From positions 2,022 through 66,021 of the forward strand of contig CANHVO010000004.1 of the NCBI GenBank assembly GCA_947463915.1: a stretch of 64,000 nt of DNA. Direction: 5' to 3'. A program made the translations under genes and the position numbers. Shown piece after piece: positions 29,434 through 37,832 of the stretch. Position 1 is the stretch's first letter. Each line of letters begins with the position of its first letter. Under the pieces are notes generated by a model. That model saw only the letters and a program-made list of their open reading frames with translations. It searched no databases and was not told the DNA's origin. The DNA is from Planctomycetaceae bacterium. Its GTDB lineage: Bacteria; Planctomycetota; Planctomycetia; Pirellulales; Pirellulaceae.

Positions 29434-30051
29434 ATGAATACACTGCAAACAGACTCGAGTTCAGCACGTTTGCTAGATTTACTCAAGCAAGGTGGCGGCC
29501 GAGAATTAACAGCTCTGTTCATGCGTTCGCGCAGCCACATCCGAAGACTGGTTGAGTCTCGCCTCGACAAACGTCTGCTGGCACGAGTCGACGCGTCGGA
29601 TATCGTTCAAGAAACGTTTCTTCGTGCGACAGCAAGTATGGACGCTTATCTGAAGTCACCAAAAGTTCCCCCAATTGTCTGGCTTCGCCTAATCGGAAAG
29701 CACATCGTGGCCGAGACGCACCGGCGCCATTTTCGCGAAAAGCGTAGCCCTGAGCGTGAGAACAATTGGTATCAAGACGGAGACGATGTACTCAGCCAAA
29801 AGCTGATCGACTCCATGCACTCTGTCGGCACTTGGATGGCTCGACGGGAGCTGGCGTTAAAGGTGCAAGACGCGATCAAGAATTTATCCGACCAAGATCG
29901 TGAAATCATCGAGATGAGACACTTAGAGGAACTCTCGATCAAGGAATCGGCAATGGTCCTAGAATTAAATATCGAGACAACCAAGAAGCGATACTATCGC
30001 GCTCTCACCCGTTTTCGAGAGCTGGTCGCGGACATCCTACCGAACGAGTAA
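29434..30051 (+). CDS. ECF sigma-70 factor, planctomycete TIGR02984-like
   Basis: RLDKRLLARVDASDIVQETF in region 2; LSDQDREIIEMRHLEELS in region 4. Confidence 0.9.
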   Translation: MNTLQTDSSSARLLDLLKQGGGRELTALFMRSRSHIRRLVESRLDKRLLARVDASDIVQETFLRATASMDAYLKSPKVPPIVWLRLIGKHIVAETHRRHFREKRSPERENNWYQDGDDVLSQKLIDSMHSVGTWMARRELALKVQDAIKNLSDQDREIIEMRHLEELSIKESAMVLELNIETTKKRYYRALTRFRELVADILPNE

Positions 30052-30057
30052 TTCCAA

Positions 30058-30411
30058 CTACTTTGTTTTCTTTCCAACGAGCTTGTCGATCATCGTGTCG
30101 AGCTCCACTCGCTCTATACCCATTTTGGCAGCAGCCAAAGCAAAAAGCCTCTTTTCTACTTCGCTTAATTTGCCGTCAGCGGCCATGATCCGGACCAAAT
30201 CGGAAAGCATAGCAATCTGCTCTTCTTTCTCGGTTGGCAATTTCAGTGAAGCTTCATCGCTCAACGCATAAGATACCGCGTTGCCCAAATCCGCTTCATC
30301 GAGCCCCATCTCGCCGCAGCGATCCACCAGCAATGCAATCTCTCCCTCGGATAAACTGCCGTCGGCAGAAGCCATAATCACAAGGTTTTTGAGGTGGTCC
30401 AAATGTTGCAT
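30058..30411 (-). CDS. TerB-like (tellurite resistance B fold) protein
   Basis: MASADGSLSEGE and MAADGKLSEVE repeats. Likely start ATG 30411. Confidence 0.8.
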   Translation of the reverse strand: MQHLDHLKNLVIMASADGSLSEGEIALLVDRCGEMGLDEADLGNAVSYALSDEASLKLPTEKEEQIAMLSDLVRIMAADGKLSEVEKRLFALAAAKMGIERVELDTMIDKLVGKKTK

Positions 30412-30479
30412 CGTGTAATCTTTCCTAGGTTGATGAGAATACTCATCATAGTCCAAACGAAACCAAACTGTTCTGGAGA

Positions 30480-31019
30480 CTACCTAAAACTTGCAACACT
30501 TTCCTGCGTCGTAGTTTCAACATCGATTGCGTTGGATTCGCTCAGACTGTGCAAAGTCCTTTTCGTGGGCAGCGGAACACGTCTAGTGACCAGCGTTACC
30601 AAAATTCCGTCCTGGACCTTTTCACCATTTTGATTGAAAAGCTGGCGGTACCAATGAACTTCCCCGTGCTTTCGCCCTCTCGGCTTCAAATCGATAACTT
30701 CCGTGACCGCACGAATTGAGTCGCCGATAAAGACGGGTTTGGTAAAGCTCCAACTGCGTATATCGACAAAAGCAGCGGTCAAAACGGCTGGTGCGTTGGA
30801 GCTTAATCCGGCAAGGATGGAAAGCCCCAGCAAGCCGTGAGCAACCGGTTTTCCAAACGGACCATTCGCCGCAAACTCAGGATCGGTATGAAGCGGATCG
30901 TGATCGCCCGTCAGGTCTGCGAAAGACTGTAGGTCCGACGCCACGATGGTACGCTCGGAACTAGTCCATTTATCGCCAATGTTGAGTTGCTCAAAAGCGA
31001 GCGGTTCGATAGTAACCAT
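30480..31019 (-). CDS. MaoC-like dehydratase
   Basis: FADLTGDHDPLHTD, VAHGLL, FTKPVFIGD. Likely start ATG 31019. Confidence 0.88.
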   Translation of the reverse strand: MVTIEPLAFEQLNIGDKWTSSERTIVASDLQSFADLTGDHDPLHTDPEFAANGPFGKPVAHGLLGLSILAGLSSNAPAVLTAAFVDIRSWSFTKPVFIGDSIRAVTEVIDLKPRGRKHGEVHWYRQLFNQNGEKVQDGILVTLVTRRVPLPTKRTLHSLSESNAIDVETTTQESVASFR

Positions 31020-31290
31020 CGTGCATCCGTCTCCATCCAATTGGCCAGTAAGCCGAGAGCCCAAAGTCTCATTTACAACGCCTGCCAGATTCTCAGATGG
31101 CACGCGGTTTGTTGCAACCCCGATTCGCGTCAAACCGCGTCCCCAATTTTCAAAATCTCAGCATAAATTAGAAAAATTGCTCAAGACGACGCAGTTCGCC
31201 CGAACAGCCTAGGCTACCAATTTGCAGGTGTACGGCGGAGCCTCGAAGGCAGTGCGTTCCAAGGCAGAGCCCAACTACGTGACGCATTTT

Positions 31291-31359
31291 GTAGCGAAAC
31301 TCGTCAAGAGTTTCGGTCTTTTAGGGGATGCTTCCGAAAGTCTTGACGACTTTCGCTAC
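31291..31359. repeat. Family A REPIN, 69 bp
   Basis: Near-identical to 23935-24003. Confidence 0.9.
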
Positions 31360-31497
31360 ACAAAAGCCCGCGTTAATCATAGGTATACTGGAGCGGGCCG
31401 CTCGCCTCAGATTCCCGCATCTTGCGTGAACTTGTTTTAGGTACAATTGGGACGCAATTGCTTTACGAACCATTGCCACTACCAAAACGCACCTCTC

Positions 31498-33522
31498 ATG
31501 CAAGCTCGATACTACAATCTGCAACCAATAGTGTTCGCTACAGTCAGCCTGCTGGCTTTCACGCATTTTGCTAACGCCCAAGAATCCCCTAAGCAGCTTG
31601 ATTTGCTGATCGTTGCTGGACAGTCCAACGCGACGGGCTTCGATACCGATCCCGATAAGCTTGGTGTGGATGAGTTGGACTCATTGATCCGGTTTCGATT
31701 TCGAGTTGGCGACCCTCCGCCAGACGAGCACGATTCGAGTTCGTCAAGGACGCAGTGGACGACACTATCCAGTCAACCACTTGGCAAACCAGGGCCAAAA
31801 TCAGAACCTCGACAATATGGGAATTTCGCCAATCCAAAAGGTGGCTTTGGGCCGGAAGTGGCGTTCGCTCGCAAAATAAAGCGGCGAGACAAGCAGGCAG
31901 GAAGAGTGACGGAACTCGCCGTTGTCAAAGCAGCGTTCAGTGGCACTAGCGTTGCCGACGATTGGGATCCAGCAGGCGAAGGCTCACGCGGAGCGTGCTA
32001 CCGGGCGTTAGTCGAAGAAATCCGTTTAGCCAAATCGTTTGCTGAAGCTGAGGGCTTAACCGTGAACTTTCGAGGGCTAGCGTGGGTGCAAGGGGAATCC
32101 GACGCGAATGCAAACGATGCTCCAAAATATGCCGAGCGATTAAAGGGGATGTTTAGTTCTTTGAGACGGGATATCCATGCTGAAAGTTTGCCGGTTCTTG
32201 TCTCCGTAAATGTCCATTTTCACGAAGGGAAAAACAAGTTCATGCCTGACATCATCGCGGCGCAAAAGCAAATCGGTCACGAGTTCCCGCATTGCCGATT
32301 TGTCGACACGGGTGGAGCTGCGATAGCAAATGATGTTCACTTCAATAGCGAAGGTACCAACGAGGTTGGGAGACGTTTCGCATCGGCTTTACTTGCCATG
32401 GAGAACGAAAGCTCCTCGCAAATTGGTCAATCAAAAAACGCCAACTGGACGAAGCACATTGTGTACGAAGGAGCTGGGTGTGTGACGGCCGTTGCAGGGG
32501 ACTTTAATGGCGACGGCTTGATTGATATTGTTTGCAACGCGGGAAAAAAGACGCAATTGCTCGTTGCCCCCAACTGGAAGCCCATTGTCCTAAACTCAGA
32601 AGACATGGATTGGATACATAGCGAAACGATGGACGTGGACGGTGACGGCGATCTTGATGTTATCGGCACTCCCTATAGCCCTGGCCGTATCGTCTGGTTG
32701 GAGTGCCCGACGCAACCACTCACCGAACGTTGGAATGAAAGGCTTATCGACGACCAAGTGAACGGCGTGCACGGGCTGCTGGTTGGAAATGTCGACAACG
32801 TTGGGCGACTCGACTTGCTTGCCACGAGTGCTCAACCCTCAGGCCCATTTCCGTATTCCCTAGTTTGGTATCGGATTCCTAAGGACCCGCTTGCAGCTGA
32901 GCGTTGGGAACGGTTCGTTTTCGCATCTGGCGATGCCCCTGGACTTTCGCATTACTTGGGCATTGGCGATATCGATGGTGACGGATTGCCCGATGCCGCT
33001 TCGGCTGCAAAAGGGGACGGTACTGCGGCCGGTGCTGACGGCCAGTGGTTTGCTTGGTGGCGAGCGGGCAAAGATCCTACCCAGCCCTGGGTAAAGGAAG
33101 TCGTTTCGGCCAAACAGCCTGGTGCTACCAACATCCATCCCGCTGATGTCAACGGCGATGGCAAGAGGGATCTGATCGCCTCCCGCGGCCATAGCCAAGG
33201 TGTCGTTTGGTTCGAACGAGAGACAAACTCTGCGGAATGGACTGAGCACACGATTGATGGCGAACTGCGCGAACCGCATTGCCTGGCGGCGATCGACTTG
33301 GATCGAGATGGAGACGTCGATGTGGCGACAGTTGCTTATGGGAGCGAGAGAGCGATGTGGTATGAAAATGATGGACGAGGAAACTTTAAGTCGCATCTGG
33401 TTGGAGAAAAGCAGCAAGCCTACGACATTCGCATTATCGACATGGACCAAGATGGCGACCTTGACTTTGTTGTGGCTGGCCGCGCAAGTAATAACGTTGT
33501 GTGGTACGAAAATCCAAACTAG
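31498..33522 (+). CDS. Secreted SASA/CE6-like acetylesterase fused to an FG-GAP/VCBS beta-propeller
   Basis: AGQSNA, WVQGESD and DVHF SGNH motifs; six DxD/NxDGxxD repeats in the C-terminal half. The ORF track starts at TTG 31447. Confidence 0.85.
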   Translation: MQARYYNLQPIVFATVSLLAFTHFANAQESPKQLDLLIVAGQSNATGFDTDPDKLGVDELDSLIRFRFRVGDPPPDEHDSSSSRTQWTTLSSQPLGKPGPKSEPRQYGNFANPKGGFGPEVAFARKIKRRDKQAGRVTELAVVKAAFSGTSVADDWDPAGEGSRGACYRALVEEIRLAKSFAEAEGLTVNFRGLAWVQGESDANANDAPKYAERLKGMFSSLRRDIHAESLPVLVSVNVHFHEGKNKFMPDIIAAQKQIGHEFPHCRFVDTGGAAIANDVHFNSEGTNEVGRRFASALLAMENESSSQIGQSKNANWTKHIVYEGAGCVTAVAGDFNGDGLIDIVCNAGKKTQLLVAPNWKPIVLNSEDMDWIHSETMDVDGDGDLDVIGTPYSPGRIVWLECPTQPLTERWNERLIDDQVNGVHGLLVGNVDNVGRLDLLATSAQPSGPFPYSLVWYRIPKDPLAAERWERFVFASGDAPGLSHYLGIGDIDGDGLPDAASAAKGDGTAAGADGQWFAWWRAGKDPTQPWVKEVVSAKQPGATNIHPADVNGDGKRDLIASRGHSQGVVWFERETNSAEWTEHTIDGELREPHCLAAIDLDRDGDVDVATVAYGSERAMWYENDGRGNFKSHLVGEKQQAYDIRIIDMDQDGDLDFVVAGRASNNVVWYENPN

Positions 33523-33572
33523 ATCGACGAAGTGGACGTTACCGGTTAACTAGCCGGCGGGCGTTAGCCCCG

Positions 33573-33740
33573 ATGTGTTACAGGGATTGGATGTTTTACA
33601 GGGATTGAATGTCACCCTCCCTCGGGGAGACTCGGGGAGGGTCGGGCCGTTAGGCCCGGGGAGGATGAACTGACTTGTGCAATCGTTGTTGGCACTTCAC
33701 CCTCCCCTCACTACGCTCGACCCTCCCAGCGGGAAGGTGT
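33573..33740. repeat. 18-bp tandem duplication followed by a CCCTCCC/GGGAGGG palindromic element
   Basis: atgt(g/t)ttacagggattg(g/a) twice; ccctccctcggggagactcggggagggtc...ccctcccagcgggaaggt. Related hairpins lie at 34865-34924 and 37745-37788. Confidence 0.6.
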
Positions 33741-33759
33741 CTTGGGACTACGCACGACA

Positions 33760-34680
33760 CTAGCGTTTGGAAAAACGTTCCGCCAAACCGTTCAGCTCAG
33801 CAACCGGCGCCGGTCCCTCGTGAAAGTAGATCGCGTAACGCAATCGCAACACGCTTTCTTTTTTGAATACGTCGTTTACCGCCGGTTCTGCGCCGTTCGT
33901 ATAAGCAGCTTCGCCAAAGGGGCTCACGGAAAAAAGACCGTAGTTGCGAACATGATATCGACTTGGTCGGAAATTCCCTGGATGATCAAATAGCGTCACG
34001 CCATATCCTTTGCCATCAATTGGTCCCTCGTAGTCCACCCAGGCGGAACGCTGCCCCCAACATTCCTTCGTCCCTTTTTTTCCGTCAGCATTCGTTACTT
34101 TGCCTTGGCCTTTGTCCTCGCGTTGAGACTCGGCCAACCGAAAACCAAAGAGCCCCTCCTTGGTATCGCGGAAATTCACATCCGAACCGGCCATCTTAAA
34201 CTGAATGTCATATTCAAGCATTCTGTTGGCATGAATCGTAATCGTTGTCGTTTCGATCATGATGTCCGCTGCGTTTCGATCAAGCCAATGATTTGTGACT
34301 CGCATGATCGCAGGGTTGCCTGCGGAGGCTAGTAGTTCCACACCTCGGTTTTCAATTTTCCCTTTCTCGGCCCAGAATTGGATCTCGTTGACCTCATCGA
34401 CCGAAACCCAAATTCCCTTGTGGTGAGGGTGATCACCCTGATAATCCTCACCGACGATTGGGCGAGTTAGCAAAGCGCCATCCGCAGCCTTAATGGGGAA
34501 GAAATACGGTTTTGGCAGACTTTTGGCGAACCGATACGTTGTGAATTCTTTATCGTTGATCGTTACGGAAACAGCGTCTCCATTTCGAAGAAGTTTGACC
34601 GAATCCGCAGCTAAGACGACTTGGGGCATCGCGACGGAAAACAAAACGAGTATCAACGTTGCGGGTAGGCTTTTTATCAT
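33760..34680 (-). CDS. PmoA/DUF6807 family secreted protein
   Basis: KPYFFP, DHPHHKGIW, DTKEGLFGFR, RYHVRNYGL motifs; signal peptide from ATG 34680. Confidence 0.8.
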   Translation of the reverse strand: MIKSLPATLILVLFSVAMPQVVLAADSVKLLRNGDAVSVTINDKEFTTYRFAKSLPKPYFFPIKAADGALLTRPIVGEDYQGDHPHHKGIWVSVDEVNEIQFWAEKGKIENRGVELLASAGNPAIMRVTNHWLDRNAADIMIETTTITIHANRMLEYDIQFKMAGSDVNFRDTKEGLFGFRLAESQREDKGQGKVTNADGKKGTKECWGQRSAWVDYEGPIDGKGYGVTLFDHPGNFRPSRYHVRNYGLFSVSPFGEAAYTNGAEPAVNDVFKKESVLRLRYAIYFHEGPAPVAELNGLAERFSKR

Positions 34681-34762
34681 GTCGGTTGTGAAATCAGGAG
34701 GAGAGGAACTGGACTGTTTTAGTGGTGGGTAAAAACTTACCGATGTCGTTTGGTCTTTACCA

Positions 34763-34815
34763 GTGGCATAGGCTTCTAGCCTGTGAAAAGGTTCAGACAC
34801 AGGCTGGAAACCCAC
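34763..34815. repeat. Family D (GTGG-type) REPIN
   Basis: gtggcataggcttctagcctgtg...cacaggctggaaacccac; second copy at 35975-36033. Confidence 0.8.
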
Positions 34816-34936
34816 TACTTTATAAAATGTTTAATTCGACTTCACCCAATCAATTTGTTATTCGGGAGGGTGATGCTCCTGCCGAACCTTTGCAACCTTG
34901 GCTCGGCAGGAGCCTCGCCCTCCCTGAGGTCTCGCC

Positions 34937-35947
34937 TTATAGCAAACCCATGGTTGGGTCTAAGCCGAACATGCAGTTCATGTTTTGGATCGCCGCACCG
35001 CTCGCACCCTTGACCAAGTTATCGATCGCGGAAACGAGGATGATACGAGGTCCATTTTCGCGGACCGTGATGTCGACATAGTTTGTTCTCGAGACAAATC
35101 GCGTTGCAGGCAAATGCGAGACGACTCGAACAAACGTGCTCGAGTCATAATAGGTGTTCAAGCATTCACGAATCTGGTTCGGAGTCGCCCCGGCTGCTGG
35201 ATGGACGTAAATCGTCGACAGAATTCCACGCTCCATCGGAGTCAAATGTGGAGTGAAGACAATTTGCGGTTCGACTCCGCTGAAACGCTTGACGATATCT
35301 ACGATCTCAGGCTGATGGCGATGATTGCCTACAGAGTAAGCTGAAATACTTTCGTTGGTTTCGCAGTAGAGATTTCCCAGCTTCGGCGTTCGACCGGCAC
35401 CGCTGATACCTGACTTGCTATCAACGATGATATCCAACGGCGAAATGAGGCCTTCCTTGAGCAAGGGTGATAGAGGCAAGATCGCAGAAGTTGGGTAACA
35501 GCCCGGATTGGCAACCAGACGACAATCTTTTAACTCGCTCGCAAACAGTTCTGGCAGCCCATACGGCGTCATTCCCAATCGGCCCGCATCCGGGTGCTTT
35601 TCGCCATACCATTTTTCGTAAAGCGCCGGCGTACTCAGCCGATAGTCAGCAGACAAATCGATAACGCGACATCCCGCATCCAATAATTGCATCACGATAT
35701 GGGCCGATGCCCCATGCGGCAAGCACGAGAAAGCAACATCGCAGCGCTCAGCAACCTGCACCGGAGTCAAATCCTCAACGGGCAGTCGAAGCCTTCGGAC
35801 AAGACTCGGATGCATATCGGCAATCATGCTCCCGTCCGCTTGACGACTGGTCGCTGCAAGGATTTGAACCTGAGGATGTCCAATAAGCCATTCGATCGCT
35901 TCGATGGCTGTGTATCCAGAAGCGCCAATAATGCCTACTCGAATCAT
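34937..35947 (-). CDS. argC: N-acetyl-gamma-glutamyl-phosphate reductase
   Basis: RVGIIGASGYT, CLPHG, IDLSADYRL, VANPGCYPT, SGISGAGR, IDNLVKGASG. Start ATG 35947. Confidence 0.96.
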   Translation of the reverse strand: MIRVGIIGASGYTAIEAIEWLIGHPQVQILAATSRQADGSMIADMHPSLVRRLRLPVEDLTPVQVAERCDVAFSCLPHGASAHIVMQLLDAGCRVIDLSADYRLSTPALYEKWYGEKHPDAGRLGMTPYGLPELFASELKDCRLVANPGCYPTSAILPLSPLLKEGLISPLDIIVDSKSGISGAGRTPKLGNLYCETNESISAYSVGNHRHQPEIVDIVKRFSGVEPQIVFTPHLTPMERGILSTIYVHPAAGATPNQIRECLNTYYDSSTFVRVVSHLPATRFVSRTNYVDITVRENGPRIILVSAIDNLVKGASGAAIQNMNCMFGLDPTMGLL

Positions 35948-35974
35948 GCGAATCCCTTTGCAAGAGTTTGTGGT

Positions 35975-36033
35975 GTGGCATAGGCTTCCAGCATGTGAAA
36001 GCGTCCTAACCACAGGCTGAAAGCCTATGCCAC
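35975..36033. repeat. Family D (GTGG-type) REPIN
   Basis: gtggcataggcttccagcatgtg...cacaggctgaaagcctatgccac. Confidence 0.85.
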
Positions 36034-36108
36034 TGGAACAATGAATCTGCCGTTTGCTCGCAAGTATCATGCAAGCAAGTCTGATTCTACGCGAAATCGT
36101 GATATTGG

Positions 36109-36789
36109 CTACATGAACCAGGGTTCCTCAATTTGTTCCGCCAAAATTTCGCGAACCATATTTCGAAGCTGACCGAGCACCATAGCGGTGGCTCCCCATA
36201 CGAAATGTTCGCCAACACGGAACCCAGGAGCATCAAATTGGACGGTTCCTCGTTTTAATGTCCCGACGCTGATCGCTTCGTCCTCAATCAAATCACGTAA
36301 AGGAAAGAAAATCAGCTCAGCCACTTCGTCCGGATTGGGTTTGAAGGCCGGTCGAAGGGAGCTTGTGGCCACAATGGGCGTCACGTTGTGCCGACTCGCA
36401 TAAACATAAAGTGGAGTGAGTTCGCAAATCGGTTGCAGGTACTCGGTTGTGCAGCCAAGCTCTTCGCCAAACTCTCGGCATGCCGTTCGCCAAATTGTTT
36501 CCCCTGAATCCGAACGACCACCAGGCAACGAAACTTGTCCGCCATGATCAGCCATTTGGGCCGGGCGGAGCGTCAGCGGGATCGTCCAATCCGAGCCAGA
36601 AATGGGAATCAGGCAAAGCAAGACGGCAGCTGGATGTGAATACCTGGGAGCCGGACCACGATGGCGGCCATAAGCGTACTGAGGAGCCAATTCGCGATGC
36701 GCGTCGCTATGCATCGTTGTCGATCCCTGCTTTTCAGTTCGCCGCCGAAGCAGTTCCGGGAGGTTGGCTAGATTTCCTGTCTCGTTCAT
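36109..36789 (-). CDS. Nudix hydrolase, CoA pyrophosphatase-like
   Basis: HGGQVSLPGGR...TACREFGEELG Nudix box; NPDEVA; VWGATA. Confidence 0.88.
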   Translation of the reverse strand: MNETGNLANLPELLRRRTEKQGSTTMHSDAHRELAPQYAYGRHRGPAPRYSHPAAVLLCLIPISGSDWTIPLTLRPAQMADHGGQVSLPGGRSDSGETIWRTACREFGEELGCTTEYLQPICELTPLYVYASRHNVTPIVATSSLRPAFKPNPDEVAELIFFPLRDLIEDEAISVGTLKRGTVQFDAPGFRVGEHFVWGATAMVLGQLRNMVREILAEQIEEPWFM

Positions 36790-36921
36790 ATCAAATCATT
36801 CCCAGTACAAAATGCCAAGAGCGAATTCACTTTTGACGAGAAATGGATCGGAACATACATTAAGTCCCACGGACACTCCATTCTACGCGAAAACGCCAAC
36901 GATTACGACAATCCAAGACCC

Positions 36922-37599
36922 ATGCACCATTTGCCTAGCTTGCTTTTGATTCGCCATGCCCAGTCCGAGAACAACGCTCTCGAGGATCAATATCGCATTC
37001 CCGACCCCAATATCACGGAACTGGGAGTCAAGCAGTCTCAAAAGCTCGCACCGGTTGTTTCCAAACTCAACCCAACCGTAATTTACTGCAGCCCGTTCCT
37101 GAGATCATTAGAAACCACGCGTTGGATTGCGGAAAAGACGTCTGTGGTACCGACGATTCGGCAAGACATCTACGAACAAGGCGGCTGCCACAGTGGGTAC
37201 CAGCCAGGTAAGCGACTCGCGGTCGCTGGAATGAATCGACAGACTCTCGCGACGAAATATTCGCAATGGACTTTGGATGATCGCATCACAGATCATGGTT
37301 GGTACGATCTCGATCACTATGAAACCGAGGAGGAAGCGCGAGAACGGGCCAAACGGGTCCGTGCTTGGTTTGAGTCGGAGTCAACAACGCACGGCGATCA
37401 AGATCGGGTTGCGATGGTGATTCACGCGGACTTCAAACTCCGATTGTTAGAAGCCTTTCTCGAGGACGAAGCCATCGAGGGAAAGCTAGGAGATATCATA
37501 AACACATCCATGACTCGACTATCCCGTTCCAAAGGTCGATGGCGCATCGACTACTGGAACGTCTTCACGCACCTCGATCATCACGAAATATCCAGCTGA
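36922..37599 (+). CDS. Histidine phosphatase family protein
   Basis: LLIRHAQSENN, SPFLRSLET, VIHADF. Confidence 0.88.
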   Translation: MHHLPSLLLIRHAQSENNALEDQYRIPDPNITELGVKQSQKLAPVVSKLNPTVIYCSPFLRSLETTRWIAEKTSVVPTIRQDIYEQGGCHSGYQPGKRLAVAGMNRQTLATKYSQWTLDDRITDHGWYDLDHYETEEEARERAKRVRAWFESESTTHGDQDRVAMVIHADFKLRLLEAFLEDEAIEGKLGDIINTSMTRLSRSKGRWRIDYWNVFTHLDHHEISS

Positions 37600-37668
37600 G
37601 ATGACTGGCTGTGGTTACAGTATTCAATGTCACTGTCAGTCACCCTTCGGGACGCCGTGAAGCATTTT

Positions 37669-37737
37669 GTAGCGAAACTCGTCAAGAGTTTTAGTGGTTA
37701 AGGCAACGCAGCCGAAAGTCTTGACGACTTTCGCTAC
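37669..37737. repeat. Family A REPIN, 69 bp
   Basis: Matches the other family A copies. Confidence 0.9.
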
Positions 37738-37832
37738 GACGCTTCACCTTCCCCTCGCTTCGCTCCCCCATCTCAGGGAGCGGGGTGAAAGCTGTGACAG
37801 CGATCGAAACTTTAATTAGGCAACTGAACACT

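Noticed and set aside
30058-30411. Tellurite-resistance (ter) operon
   Set aside because: Single TerB-fold gene with no other ter genes.
33760-34680. Methane monooxygenase, from the PmoA family label
   Set aside because: This is a soluble secreted DUF6807-type protein with no TM helices and no pmoB/pmoC; the label is a known misnomer.
34681-34815. N-terminal ORF extensions of DUF6807, argC (35948-36070) and the dehydrogenase (37785-37832)
   Set aside because: They run through REP DNA (for example GFQPV/RLEAYAT translations); downstream ATGs give proper signal peptides or canonical starts.
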